In this document: piece by piece, positions 11,132 to 23,469 of the stretch | How positions within the stretch are numbered: position 1 is the first letter of the stretch | How the letters are laid out: every line of letters begins with the position of its first letter | Source: Nageia nagi | Lineage: Eukaryota; Plantae; Pinophyta | DNA length: 64,000 bases | Direction of reading: 5' to 3' | NCBI GenBank assembly: GCA_050084985.1 | Contig: JBITNC010000002.1 | Coordinates: 31,496,001-31,560,000, forward strand | Program-made: the position numbers and the translations under genes | Notes under the pieces: generated by a model | What the model was told of the DNA's origin: nothing | What the model saw: the letters and a program-made list of their open reading frames with translations, nothing else | Database searches by the model: none

Positions 11132-14100
11132 TATAATGTTCCCAAATTATCCGTATTCCAAATTATTAGCCAATTAAGCAATGAACAAGGAAATGAGCAA
11201 GAACAATGAACTATGCCACAAAATACCCAACGCATAAGCAATATAGGAGAACAAATGCCAACGTCTCAATATTAAGCAATGATGGAGCTGATACAATGCA
11301 ATATGGCCCAATAAGGTTGACATTTGGCTCAAGGGAGCAAATCTAGGGCACAACACATTCCAACTGCAACTGGAAAGCTGACATCACACTACTAGGGCCT
11401 TCAACCCCCGAACCTAAGATGCAAAATTGGATTGACTAGGGGTTTTTGTCCTTAGCCAAGATCTAGTGAGGGCTAAATCCCACTAAACCCTTCCCTCACT
11501 GGGTTTCCGTCCAACAAGAGGCACAAGAGATGGCGTTGCCACTCCAAAGTAGAAGATGTCAATAAGCTCAATGATGCCCCTTCAATCTTGCGCCAACCAT
11601 ATATATAGGAATCCCTCAAGGTTAGGCGCCATGACTCCCACCTTGGAGACGTCAAGCTTGGACGTCCCACCTCTTGTAATGTCCCCATTTTTATGGTGTT
11701 TTCCCCATTTCACCTCTGATAAATGGAAACATTAGATTAGGAGTATTTTTATTTAATTTTGGCAATTTAGTGGATTTTTAGCCAAATTATTGTTAGTTCC
11801 ACTTGGAGAGTAATTGTCGTGGAACTTACAACAGCAACAAATACCCTCCAATGGCGCAAAAAGTGCCATCTAAGAGGTCTCCAATTGTACAAACAGCAGC
11901 CAACACATCAGTCCCGAAAATGCCAACCACAACCCATACAATGGCTCTTTCCTTTCCATATTGAATTGCAGTCTTTCTCTACCCTAATGCAGCCCATGAA
12001 TAATAAAAAAGAGTTTTCAAAACTTTACCAAAAGGTACCCAAACAGTCTCTCTTCCAACAATAGCCATGACACCATCAAATGCAGCCCCTTTTATATGGA
12101 TGAAAGCCTTCAAAGCTTTCCCCAAAGATACCATAACAGTCCTTTTATCAACAACAGCCAACGAATTTGCTCTATCCTTGGCGACTTCAAACTTGTGATG
12201 AGAGCTCTCCCAAATGATCTTGATGAAGATCATTAATGCCCCTTTTGCAACAATCGACAATACATGACTATGTGCTCTCCCAGTGTCAAAACCATCATCA
12301 AATGGAGCAAGAGCAACAAGCACATCAGCAGCAGTCCCAACTACATGCAATGACGCCTCTATTAGATGAAGGAGAGCCTCAGCGTCCAAGCATGCAGACA
12401 CAACCCCACCAAGTGAAGCCATTGAAAGTGCTATAATCTCCTCAGCGCTGCTGGCCTGTGATTCAAACTCAAAATACAATAAAAAATCAACAAGTTAAAA
12501 TTACCATACAAGACATACCTCCAACCAAGACTTTCATGATCACCACTAACTCCTCCAACGTCTAGGTGGTGCACCAAAGGGTGGACAAACTGTGCCACGG
12601 CAAGAATCCTCCTCTCTATGACACCCAAATCAAGACATCCTCCTCCAAATGTTGAAGATGACTCCATGCCTTTACGAAGCTCCTACAAGGTGTCATCCCT
12701 TATAGCTAGTATGATGTCCTCCTAGCCAAGTGCTTTACCTCCATATACTCGCTCCAAGCGGCTAGATGAAGCCTAAGGAAAGTAATCCTTGATTCCTTGC
12801 AGGGTATACTCTTTCTCATTGACCTCAAATTTCATTACCAACTTTTGATAATTACAGCAGATGTCTCCCAAGTTGTACAGCCATTGCACTCCCAATATCA
12901 AATGCAGAATTCCATCTAGGGGATAGACGTAGAAGTCTTCCCTAGTCACAAGTCCTGGACCCTTACTTCGAACTTCTCCACTATACTATCAACCAATATG
13001 AGCTTCCCATTGGCATTGGTGACACAAAACCCGTCGAACTCCTCAGTCTTGAGTCCCTTCTTGCACATAAATTCTTCATCAATGAAATTATGTGTGGCTC
13101 TTGGATCTACAACACCATCACCTCTTGGTTTGCAGCCATCCCCTTAACTTTGAGTGTGAAGTACTTGGGTACTCCGCATCCCCCCTTTGACATCCTTTCC
13201 ATCGTGAGTAGGATGTTCTTGCTCCAAGTCCATCCTTCCCAAATCTAGCTCCAAATCGGAAACATTGTCCTCCAAAAGCACCTCAATGTAGTGGACTTCT
13301 CCTTTGCCCAAACACCTATGGCCACGCTCCCAAGGTTGCTTGCAATTGAAGCATAGATCCCTTTTTCTCAACTCATTCCTAGTCTACAGGTTCGGTTTGC
13401 TCTCTCCCGACGGTTGGCTTCTCTTGGTGGCGGGAGGTCCTATCTCCAACGTCCACTTCCCAAACGTCCCCATCTTGGGTGGCATAGTGGATCTAATCTT
13501 CATCATGCCAGGTTCCAAATCCAGCACCCTCTTAATGGCATCCTATACTTGTGTTGGGTAGAAAGCCTTCACAAATCCCCTCAATGGTTTCGAAAACCCC
13601 TCTGAAGAGAAAAGTAACCCTTTTCTTTGAAATGCTAGGGACCATTACAGCGATCCGCTAGAATTCCACCACCTACTCCTCTATTGATCCCTTTTGCTTC
13701 ACTGCAGCTAGGTCCTTGATGTAGTCATCCTCATCTTTTCGGTCGAATCAGTCTATCATCCTCCTGTTGAACACATCAAAGGAAGTGATAGCTCCATGAC
13801 CTTGCATGGTCATGCCATGCTGCCACTAGTCATATGCTAGGCCATCCAAGTCTAGTGTAGCAAACCGTATGGCATCTTCCTCCACCATGGGACTGAGCGT
13901 GAAATATGTTTGCAACTTTTGTAGCCATGCCCTTACAATCATCTTATTACTTCCATCAAACAAGAGCACCTGCATTCTGCTCAACCTTTGCTACAAGTTT
14001 GTCCTATCCTCCCGTGGTTTGCTTTGTGAATAACTCCAACTAGCCTTCTTACCCAAAAATTCCATATACATGGAAAAGGTCATGTCACTCTTGAATTCTA

Positions 14101-15463
14101 GCGAATTCAAGGAGTACTCTCAATACAACTGATTGAGCTCAAGGGGTGAAATCAAGCTCATCCCACTCTCCTACTTGGGAAAAAACATGGGTTTGCTAGT
14201 ACGTGGTATGGGTGGAGGTGCAGCAGCCATCTTCAGGATGTCCACATTGAAGAATCTCTCCATCATCGGCTCTTCGGCAAGTGGATCTCTGGTAGATCAT
14301 GTCCTAAACAGTGAATATCCCCCATTGTCCATCATTATGGAAAACCTAGATCTATAAAATACTGGATCTCCTCGATCAAACCCTAGGTATCTGGATCTAT
14401 GCATGGATGCTTCTCCTTCTGGCTCTTTCTCATGACTAGAAGTGGATCTCTAGGTATCGGTCATCCTAGAGCTTCCCCAACTCCAACGTCCCTCTCATGT
14501 TCTTCCTTTTTGGCTGCATGCTCTTTCTATTGCTACGTTTGTTGCACAATTGTCTTCATTATGTTTAACAAATCATCAAACTTCTTTTTGGTCGAATTTT
14601 TAGGTGGATTCTCCCTTTCCTCATGCACCTCTTCCTCTTCATGTGCATTTTCTAGTCATCCTTGGATCTAGTTTGTGGTACCAAGGGATTCTTCTTCCCC
14701 TTCTGACGTTGGTAAACCTTCTCAGTTGATTGCATTTAGCAATCCTCCCACAAGATGACAGGATTATAGCTATGAGACCATTGTAATGTTTTGAAAATAT
14801 CCTTATTCCAAATTATTAGCCAATTAAGCTATGAACAAGGAAATGAGCAAGAACAATGAATTATGCCACAAAATAAACAACACACAAGAAAAATTGGAGA
14901 ACAAATGCCAACATCTCAATATTAAGCAATGATGGAGCTGAGACAATGCAATATGGCCCAATAATGTTGATGTGTAGCTCAAAGGACCAGATCTAGCGCA
15001 CACCACACTCCAACTGCAACTGGAAAGCTGACATCACACTCGTAGGGCCTTCAATCCCCGAATCTGAGATGCAAAACTGGATTGATTAAGGGTTTCCATC
15101 CTTAGCCAAGATCTAGTGAGGGCTACGTCCCACTAAACCTTTCCCTTGCTAGGTTTCCGTCCAACAAGAGGTCCAAGAGATGGCACTTCCTCTCCAATCC
15201 TACACCAACCATATATATAGGAATTCGTCAAGGTTAGGTGCCAAGACTCCCACCTTGGAGACGTTGAACTTGGGCATCTCACCTCTAGCCTCGGGATAAC
15301 TCCAATCCATTCGCTCACTCCTAATCATGCATTGGGGTCTTGGGATCCCCACAATCCATTTAAATGCTAATTATGTTCCTAATCTAACTCAAGGAGGGAG
15401 ACATCCCACATTGGGCTCACAATTGGTTCATTGGACCCATAAGTCTCCAATCTCGAGATTACA
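11132..15463 (-). mobile_element. Ty3/gypsy element with paired LTRs (11132-~11674; 14782-~15463), gag and protease present, RT/INT not seen
   Basis: LTR pair shares ttccaaattattagccaattaagc.atgaacaaggaaatgagc...; PBS-like gctatgagacca at 14769-14780; gag WLQKLQTYFTLSPM; knuckle CFNCKQPWERGHRC; protease VVDPRATHNFID and ILGVQWL. Confidence 0.85.
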
Positions 15464-16099
15464 ATCAAGCCTACAATACATTAACTACTTATATCTACCA
15501 AATCACACCTAAAAAGGAACGGCTAATAAAACGGAACATCATAATTCTCCACCTCTTAGACAGAGTAGAGATGACAAATCCTATCATTGCAAGGAATAAG
15601 GTTATCAATCTCAACTCGTAGTTGGTGAGAGAATACTCTCAGGTGACCAAGGGGTAACCCTCAAACAATGCAACCAAGAGGTAACAATCAAACAATGTGT
15701 CCAAAGGGAAGACAGTACAATTTGGTGATGATGCCATCAATAATTTGTTGGACATGCTTCACATACAAGACCACCTTAGGGCTAAGAGGTTGGGGGAGAG
15801 GTACAAGTAACCTAAATATATTATAAGTAAATATTATTATTGACAGCTCTATTAACCATGTCCTTTGAAGGAATAAGATGACGAGGAGCATCCAATCAAG
15901 TACCTAAATGGGGGAAGTTGATCAATGAAGAAGTCGATGGATTGGACAAGCAAACTAGCCTCAAATACCAACATTGTCAGCGCTTGGTGAGACCTAAGGA
16001 AGCAATATTCTATAAAGAACACAATGCAAAATATGGATACCTCTCACAACTTGAAGTAAAGTCACATAGTGACATGAGTCTATGAAGATAGATGGTGAG

Positions 16100-17200
16100 C
16101 CTAAATATACTCTTTAAACGGAGGGCTAAGCAACAAACACATCTTGAACAATACACTAGAACAACTATTTGTTTGCAATGGACCATGCACTAAAGCATAA
16201 TAATTTGAACTCTCTCAATACATGCCCACCCAATAGACCCTAAATTGATGCCCATACCTTAAATCCATAAAGAACTATGGATTTAATGATTGCATTGAAG
16301 AAGCATTTCTTTTAAGGAATATTCTAGAAGTGTATTTGAAGCCACTAACATTCTAGGATGGAAAGTGAAGCATATCCCTTGCAAAGGCATGATTGTGAGG
16401 TTGGTTTCAAATTAAGGGATGGATAAGAAAATTGAACCCTTAAATAAGTATAAACAATTGTGATCTCGACTAGCTCCCCTTTATAGAAGAACTAAAACTT
16501 GGAAAGAGCATCCTAAGAAGTATTAAAGATCATGACCTTAGTCCCGCTAATGTTAACTAGCAACTATTTAATCTTGCAAAAGCGAGCAAGTGCATCTAAT
16601 TGTCTCAAAAGGCCTTTCATGGAATGAAAAAAGAGTCACATCATTTGCAAACAATAATATAGTGATCAGAACATGATGCAACAAGCAACCATCATCAATA
16701 TGAGTGTGCTACTGAAGAAAATCCTCAAGTTCATCTATGTAAGTATCGAAAAGAGTTGGCAATAGAGGACATCCATATTTAACACCAATAGTACTCTTGA
16801 AAAGTCTAAGATTTCATGGGCAATCTTGAATCAACCAATGATTGTTTTATAAAGCCTCATGATGGAAATAATGAAGGTATATGAGATACCAATGGTATGT
16901 AGCTTTTGGAGAAGCAAGTGTTGTCGAACAATGTCAAAGGCCTTCCAAAAGTCAACAAAGCACCAAAAGACTTTAGAAGACCTTTGACGAGCCTCCTCAA
17001 TAGTATGGATGTCACTCCTAAGCTAGCTTAACCTTATGCCCTCTAATTAGCACAATCCAAGTGGTCTGATGACATCATGTCCAACATTATTGCATAAAGT
17101 TTAGCAAATGTGAGTCCAATCCTTATAGATCTATAGTTGTTCAAGTTTGAACTATCCCTCGACTTATGAATACGATGAATGATGTGTTGCAAAACTCTTT
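16100..17200 (-). mobile_element. Degraded non-LTR (LINE) reverse transcriptase
   Basis: NNYRSIRIGLTFAKLYA, CFVDFWKAFDIV and GVKYGCPLLPTLF correspond to LINE RT motifs. Confidence 0.8.
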
Positions 17201-17797
17201 GAATTGCCTTAAAGAGACTCCACAATTGCACCCCACCCCAACCTCCATCTCTTGTCAAACCCAATCCAACTCTACAAACACCTAACTTGAGAAGTTTCAC
17301 ACACATTCCAAATTATTTCTCAAACAAATTCTTCAAAGGGTCATTTCCTAAGATACATGGGGTTTCAAGGATAGGGATAGCGACGGATGAGGGGGCATGT
17401 TTTGACAACGAGAGGGGAGAGCATGCCACTTTTACGAAACAGTACAAGGATAACAAGGAAATGACATATAAAAATATATAAAAAATAAATAAAATATAAA
17501 AAATTTAAACTTAAAAATTAGAAATTAAAAATTAAAACATTCAATAGATTAAATATTGAAGTTTTATATTTTTTAAATATTATATATTTTAAAATATTAA
17601 TCGTTAAATATTAAAAGCCCAAACAAGTCACCCTCAAACTAAAAAGAATTTCTATTTTAGGTGAGGATGAGTGCGAGGATCCTCTCTTCGTCGCATCATC
17701 CTCCTGGAATAATATTGCTTGATTCATTACTTACATGGGTACTACTATTTAGCTACTACATGAATTTAAAGTTTGAGGGAAAGTAAACATAGTACAA

Positions 17798-17870
17798 AGT
17801 TGGCAAAAAAATCCTCCTCCATACTCTGAGTTGGCAAAAGAATCCTCCTCCATACTCTGAGTTGGCAAGA
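17798..17870. repeat. 31-bp tandem repeat x2.3
   Basis: agttggcaaaa(a/g)aatcctcctccatactctg repeated. Confidence 0.85.
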
Positions 17871-19029
17871 AATGGGATTCTAGAGGTTCAAGAAGGATTT
17901 GGTAACGATAATGTTGGCTAACAATTATATGGGCTTCACTCGTTCCATGCCATATTAAGCATAAAAACAAAAGGACATGAATGTGACTCCGTTTTTTTTC
18001 AATAATTTAGTTTTTTACGTTTTTTAATTTAAAAAATTAATTGCTACACATTAATTTTATTTTATTTTTCCTTTTTTCTATTAAATGTTTTACTATTAAA
18101 TCTAAGATCATCCTCGATTTCGGTTGATTGTGCCAAGGACAATTTAAGTTGGGTGGCCCCAACAAGAGACAGCAAGAAACATCCCCTATGTCGTTTGACC
18201 AGTTTGAAGATACCACGATGAAAAGAACAACCTCAAAAGGCTAGGGGACATCTCCATGTAACCCTGCTTATTTCTCAACACTTAGTGTTTAGAAGGAACC
18301 CACTTGTTCTCTACTTTGATATATATACCAATCACAATATAAGTGCATGTGGAGGTTAGATAGCTAATTATTCTTCAGCTACTTGACTACATAACCACAT
18401 AACTGACCAATAACTTCTCGAATACCTAACCACCCCAATAATTGGGTGATTATTATAAAATCTGATAGTTCACTTCCAAAAGTTTACAATTAGTAAACAC
18501 AAAATACTGGTTTCTGCTTCTTCCATGCAAAAAAAATGCTCATAGTATACACAAAGGATAACAGAAAATACAATGAAATTGTTGTAACAAATTTATTCAA
18601 AGTGAAAGAACGGTTAGATTTTAAACATTTTTATAATGACCCAATTTCCAAAGGCCTCAAAGACCAATATCTTTTGGTACATCAACATGCTATAAGTAGT
18701 GAGAATATGCAATGCACAGTTTCTTCCAATTACTTTGTATTGAAGGCATTACAGCATGATAACTTCCTCAACATATGCATAAATCTCAATTTGTTTCAAA
18801 GGATTCTTCCTTGCGCTGATTCTTTTTAAAATAGCACATATTAGCAAATTGTTATTATTATTGTGTTTGTTGTAGATAAGCACTTCATGAAACTAGTAGT
18901 TGTGCTCCTCACAGTGGATACTGGTGAATCGGACACTAGAATTTTTCATATTGAGGCTTCCCAAACTAAGAATATATGCGTACATATTTCTAAGTACCAA
19001 ATAAAGGATTCAAAAGACAGGAAATTTAC

Positions 19030-19113
19030 AGTGGCAAGTGTACAAGGGTTATTGCCTTTGGAGCCTGAAAAGATAATCCTTGTTGCAGAATTCAATGCTC
19101 CCTCCATAACTTT
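19030..19113 (-). CDS. Sec14/SFH PI-transfer protein, visible coding exon 8 (KVMEGALNSATRIIFSGSKGNNPCTLAT); 3' end uncertain
   Basis: Acceptor TTCTTGTAG| in phase 0; candidate donor |GTAAAT; read-through would stop at TGA 18946-18948. Confidence 0.6.
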
Positions 19114-19256
19114 CTACAAGAATAAACAAGAATCATAGAATCTTAACCACTTAAATTCAGTCATATTGAGAAAATATTCACACAAGAAATGATTCATGAA
19201 AACTGCTACTTAGAAACACTCAATGTCCTAAACAGAAACATGACAATCCACTCTAC

Positions 19257-19356
19257 CTTCCTTATTTTCGAGTCATTCCAAGGACCTATATCAGAAAATA
19301 AGCAACCACCTAAGCCATCACAAGTGCAAGTTCCACCCAAAAACTCTGGCAACTGG
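19257..19356 (-). CDS. Sec14/SFH exon 7 ([33 protein letters not shown])
   Basis: Hallmark [23 protein letters not shown]; TACAG| acceptor and |GTAGAG donor; 100 nt, phase 2 to 0. Confidence 0.95.
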
Positions 19357-19441
19357 CTGTACCAAATGACAACAGGTTACTTCATCAATCTTTCCATATA
19401 CAAAGTGATCCATTCACTAAAAATCATAGTGCTAAAAATAC

Positions 19442-19491
19442 CTTCTATCTATGATTTCCAACAGCTTACTCTGGTATTGGCTGCCTAGAAC
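19442..19491 (-). CDS. Sec14/SFH exon 6 (VLGSQYQSKLLEIIDR)
   Basis: GGCAG| and |GTATTT; 50 nt; matches SFH VLGxxYQSKLLEIID. Confidence 0.95.
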
Positions 19492-19614
19492 CTGCCATAA
19501 AATTGCAAATGTTTATGTGAAGATATCCAGCAGTGCATGTTCATAAAAGCAAACAATCAAGATCAAATAATTGAATTAGGATACAAAGAAAATTCGTGAT
19601 GGGTGATCACATAC

Positions 19615-19716
19615 AACAATTTTTGCTGTTGTTCTAGGATCTAAAAATCCCTTTACTGTGTTCCATAAAAGCTTGAAACCAGAGCTCGCATTGACAATCA
19701 GTAGGGAACTCAAGGT
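19615..19716 (-). CDS. Sec14/SFH exon 5 (TLSSLLIVNASSGFKLLWNTVKGFLDPRTTAKIV)
   Basis: TGCAG| and |GTATGT; 102 nt; CRAL-TRIO gating helix and the PxTxxKI motif. Confidence 0.95.
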
Positions 19717-20070
19717 CTGCATCAACCAGAGTATAAACAAGAGTTTAAAATGCAGAAAAATAACTGCAAAAAAATTCATAACCATGCACGAAAAAAAAAA
19801 TGTCCACGTGAAATGACTGTATTGACTAAGGGAACAACGTACAAGGAAGTCCTACTGGAAATAAACTAGTTATGTGTTATGGTAAAACTGTAAAGGTCCA
19901 TTTCTTGCCTAGTGAAGGAAATATAAATTACAATATTGTAGTTTTATTTTTCTAGTACATGAGAGAATGCAACAAAATACTTCCAACAAAATCCTATTTC
20001 CGAATGAACACAACAAAACATGATAATTGGGAAGTCTTTGTTGCTGATTGCAGTATGCAGGTATACAAAG

Positions 20071-22975
20071 CATGGAATAAAAATATGGTTTTTTGTAAAT
20101 AAGGCCCAGGCCAAATAAGTAAAAACGGCCAAAAAAAACTGTCAGTATGATGAAAATGGAAAATATGGGAAAAGTTTGTGGCAAAAAAATGGAAAATTCG
20201 GAAAAAAAACGGACAAAAGATGGAAAAAGACGACAGATTTGGGAAAAATATATGGTGCGTTAAAAAATTTTAAAAATGAAATTTTTTGATATTTTTCTAT
20301 AGAATAAGCTTATATAATTGTCATAAATGATTAAATCATTCCCATAAACAACCATATCATCTATCAAAATGATAGTAGATCGTAATTCATGTTCATAAAT
20401 CATAACATCAATATATGAAAATAAAAGTCATCTACAAAATGTATGTCAGATCAAGATGTCTGCTCATAAAATCATAAGTGTACTACGACTGTCTCATAGA
20501 CTCATAATGCCACTAAGTGTCAAGCACTAACAAAGTACAAAAAATTTTAAAATACTAAATAACTAAATACAATGTCTCATGAGTCATAACTCATCAATGT
20601 GTGTGGTCTAGGCCCCTAGGGCTCTAGCCCTTTTACTAATCAATCGGCTGCCACTACTACCACCACCACCACATGCTCTACTAATCAGAGTAGTAGAAGA
20701 TTGAGAAGGTGCTCTCCTAGTGTGAGGATCCAAAATGAACCTCAAATCAAATATTAGTAACTCAATAATCAAATGCACAAACTAGGGTTCCCAACACCCA
20801 CAACAACACTTCCACAACACCAACAATGGGCCTCTAGGGTACCAAACACACATACACCCAACAAATGCTCACAATGATGAATATGCAAGTCTACAACATC
20901 AACGATGGCCACAATACGGAAAACCAACATAAATAAATGCTACAAACACCAACGCATGCACAATTATGGAACAATGGTGCTCAACAATGCCTATATTATG
21001 ACATGAGATGAATAACAATACAAACCCTAGCTCCCAGAGCTGGACGTTGGCCTCCAAGGAGCCAACTAGGGCACAAAAATGTGAAACCCTCACTAATATG
21101 CTGCTGAACCATGGGATAGACGCACTCCCTCAGACTCTGAATTCTCTCCACTGAAGGAGCCCTCCTGGAACCCTAGATATCCACTGAAGGAAGAAGTGTA
21201 TCCTCGGAATGTCACCGGATGGGCTTGGTACTCCACCAAAGCCGTAGATAGTCAGGATACCAACGCCTACCTACCCTCTAAACGCTCCGCCTAGGAAGAG
21301 GTGCTTAGCACCGCTAAGACTTGTTGCCCGAAGGTCTAGTATAAAGTGTATAACAATCAAGTGGTAATTATCAATGAGGTCCTCATGTCTATTTATACTT
21401 TACATCATGTCCGAATCTCACCTTGGAATCATCCCAGGCCCATGTAATCCAACATTGGGGTTAAAGAGGTCAACCATGCCAACGTGGGGGTCATAATGGC
21501 TCAGTGTGCCAATGTGGGGATCATAAAGGTCCATCAAGCTGATGTGGCAGTCATAATGGCCCATTAGGCTGACGTGGGGGTCCTGGAGTGCCCAAGTGCC
21601 AAAATGGGGGTGCGGGGCCCTCCCCAATGTTGCGCAAGCATGCTAGTATCCATCCAATCCATCAATGTATCAATATATCTCGAGATTCCCACAATTCGGG
21701 ATCTCCACACATCACACAAACCTATTCTACTACTCAAGAGGGAGACGTCCCACTTGGGGCTCATAGTGGGGTCCACAAGACCTATTATTATTCCTATCCT
21801 AAGTTACAATGAGGTACATGAAAACGCACAAAGTAAATATAGTACAAGGTGCCCAACGAGTCCCATTACATATTCAAGGGGGGCGTCACATGTAGGCATA
21901 GGAGCACTATGAGGAGAATATTCTCAACTACTAGAACTGCCACCAACACTCTTGCGGGGCCTCTACCTCTACCTCTAATACCAAATAAGTGGCTCATCAT
22001 CCTTAGGCTCACTCTCAATGTCTCAGTAAACCTGACGCTCATAAACCTGTTGAGATCCAACACCATGATCAAACACCACAACAAGAGGCAATGGATCAAA
22101 ACGTTGTGGCTCCGCCTCCTCCTCTACCATTCTTCTCAAAATACTTTGTGTAACTGCTCCTTTGGATTTGCCACTACATCCACTGGAGGTGCATCACTGT
22201 AAAAAAAAAGGCAAAAAAAAGTCAACATTTATAAGGTCTATCAAGAGTTTTTAAATATCACCGGATAGGCTTGTTACAAAGATTACAATTTAAAAATGTT
22301 GAACTGTCTTGAACCCCCTCTAACGGAGTTACATACTACCAAAATCTATCCAACTCCTTAGGCATTTTGCAAGTGAAGAAATAGAGCTCCCAACTTTAAA
22401 CAACATCCTCCAACAATGCTCCCCTCTCCTTTTGCTAAGCCTACGAGTAACAAATGAACTAAAAACCTCCCTTTTTTGCCTTTAAAACGTCTTCAACTGA
22501 TGTCTAGCTAGATCTCGCATATTTGTAGCATATTTGACGTTTTTGTCGCGTATTTTAGACGTTTAAATGCCAAAGACAAAAAATACGATGAATTTGGCCT
22601 TTTTTCCATGTTTTGCTCCTGTCTGTCGGCATTTTCAAGGCACATTCGACGAATTTTAGACATTTAAACACGTTTTTTGGGCCTACAAATGGTAAATATG
22701 GCGGGTACAAGAATGGACTTTAAGTTGTCATTTTCTTCCATGCTTTTTTGGCATTTTTTTATGTTTTGGGGTGATTATACGTGTTTTTAGCCATATTTTA
22801 TTTTTGGCCAAAATCTACGTTTTTTTGGGCATTTTTCCCCTTTTTGGCATTTTTTTGCATTTAAACAATCGTATTTTGCTCTAATTTTTTTTTTATTTTT
22901 TGGAGGAAAATACGATTTAAAAAAAATGGTTATTACATCGTATTTGAAGTTTATACGGCATTTTTTTGTTCTATG
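20071..22975. mobile_element. Non-autonomous hAT-type element carrying a nested solo LTR
   Basis: TIRs CATGGAATAAAAATATG / catttttttgttctatg; flanks atacaaag / ctatagag (decayed 8-bp TSD, 5/8). Confidence 0.65.
20721..21890 (-). mobile_element. Solo LTR with internal ~30-bp subrepeat array
   Basis: TGTGAG...GTCACA termini; reverse-complement homology to 37998-39050; six gccaacgtggggg-like units at ~21450-21615. Confidence 0.65.
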
Positions 22976-23469
22976 CTATAGAGGCATTCAAGGTAAAAAA
23001 CTTTGGCAATGACAACCTTATTTGAATATACATAAGAGAAGTTTAGAAAATAAAAGGTTATATCATATGTGATTACAATTGTACATGATGGAGCATGAAA
23101 TGTTGAAAAGACTCCCATACAGTGGAACAAAAATTTATACTTGATAACCAATCATGGAGAATAATTTGTTAAATGTAACATGTCTTCTAGGCCCAAAATA
23201 CTAAGATCGATGTTTTAAACAACCATTATCCCACTTAAACCTCAACTTTTGTAAGAAGTCACAACGCAATATAATCATTAAGGATTACATGCATATGTAT
23301 ACAATAAGTAGTTTGTTGAATACAACCAACATGGTTGTCTTCTAGCCCCAAAATAACATTTCACAAGATACCTATGAATAGATACAAACAACTCATATAA
23401 TCCCTACATACTGGAGTGATTCTAACCATAGTTGTCAAACTTTGACTTGCTGTGGAATCATCAAGGTCT

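Noticed and set aside
17338-18270. Possible hAT MITE
   Set aside because: Ends are only loosely inverted and no TSD could be found
18536-19488. Three plus-strand ORFs of 91-99 aa
   Set aside because: Antisense shadows of the SFH 3' exons and UTR with no recognisable motifs
21450-21615. CRISPR-like repeat/spacer pattern (also 38135-38345)
   Set aside because: Core only ~11 nt, spacers are mutually related, no cas genes, eukaryotic context; these are LTR subrepeats
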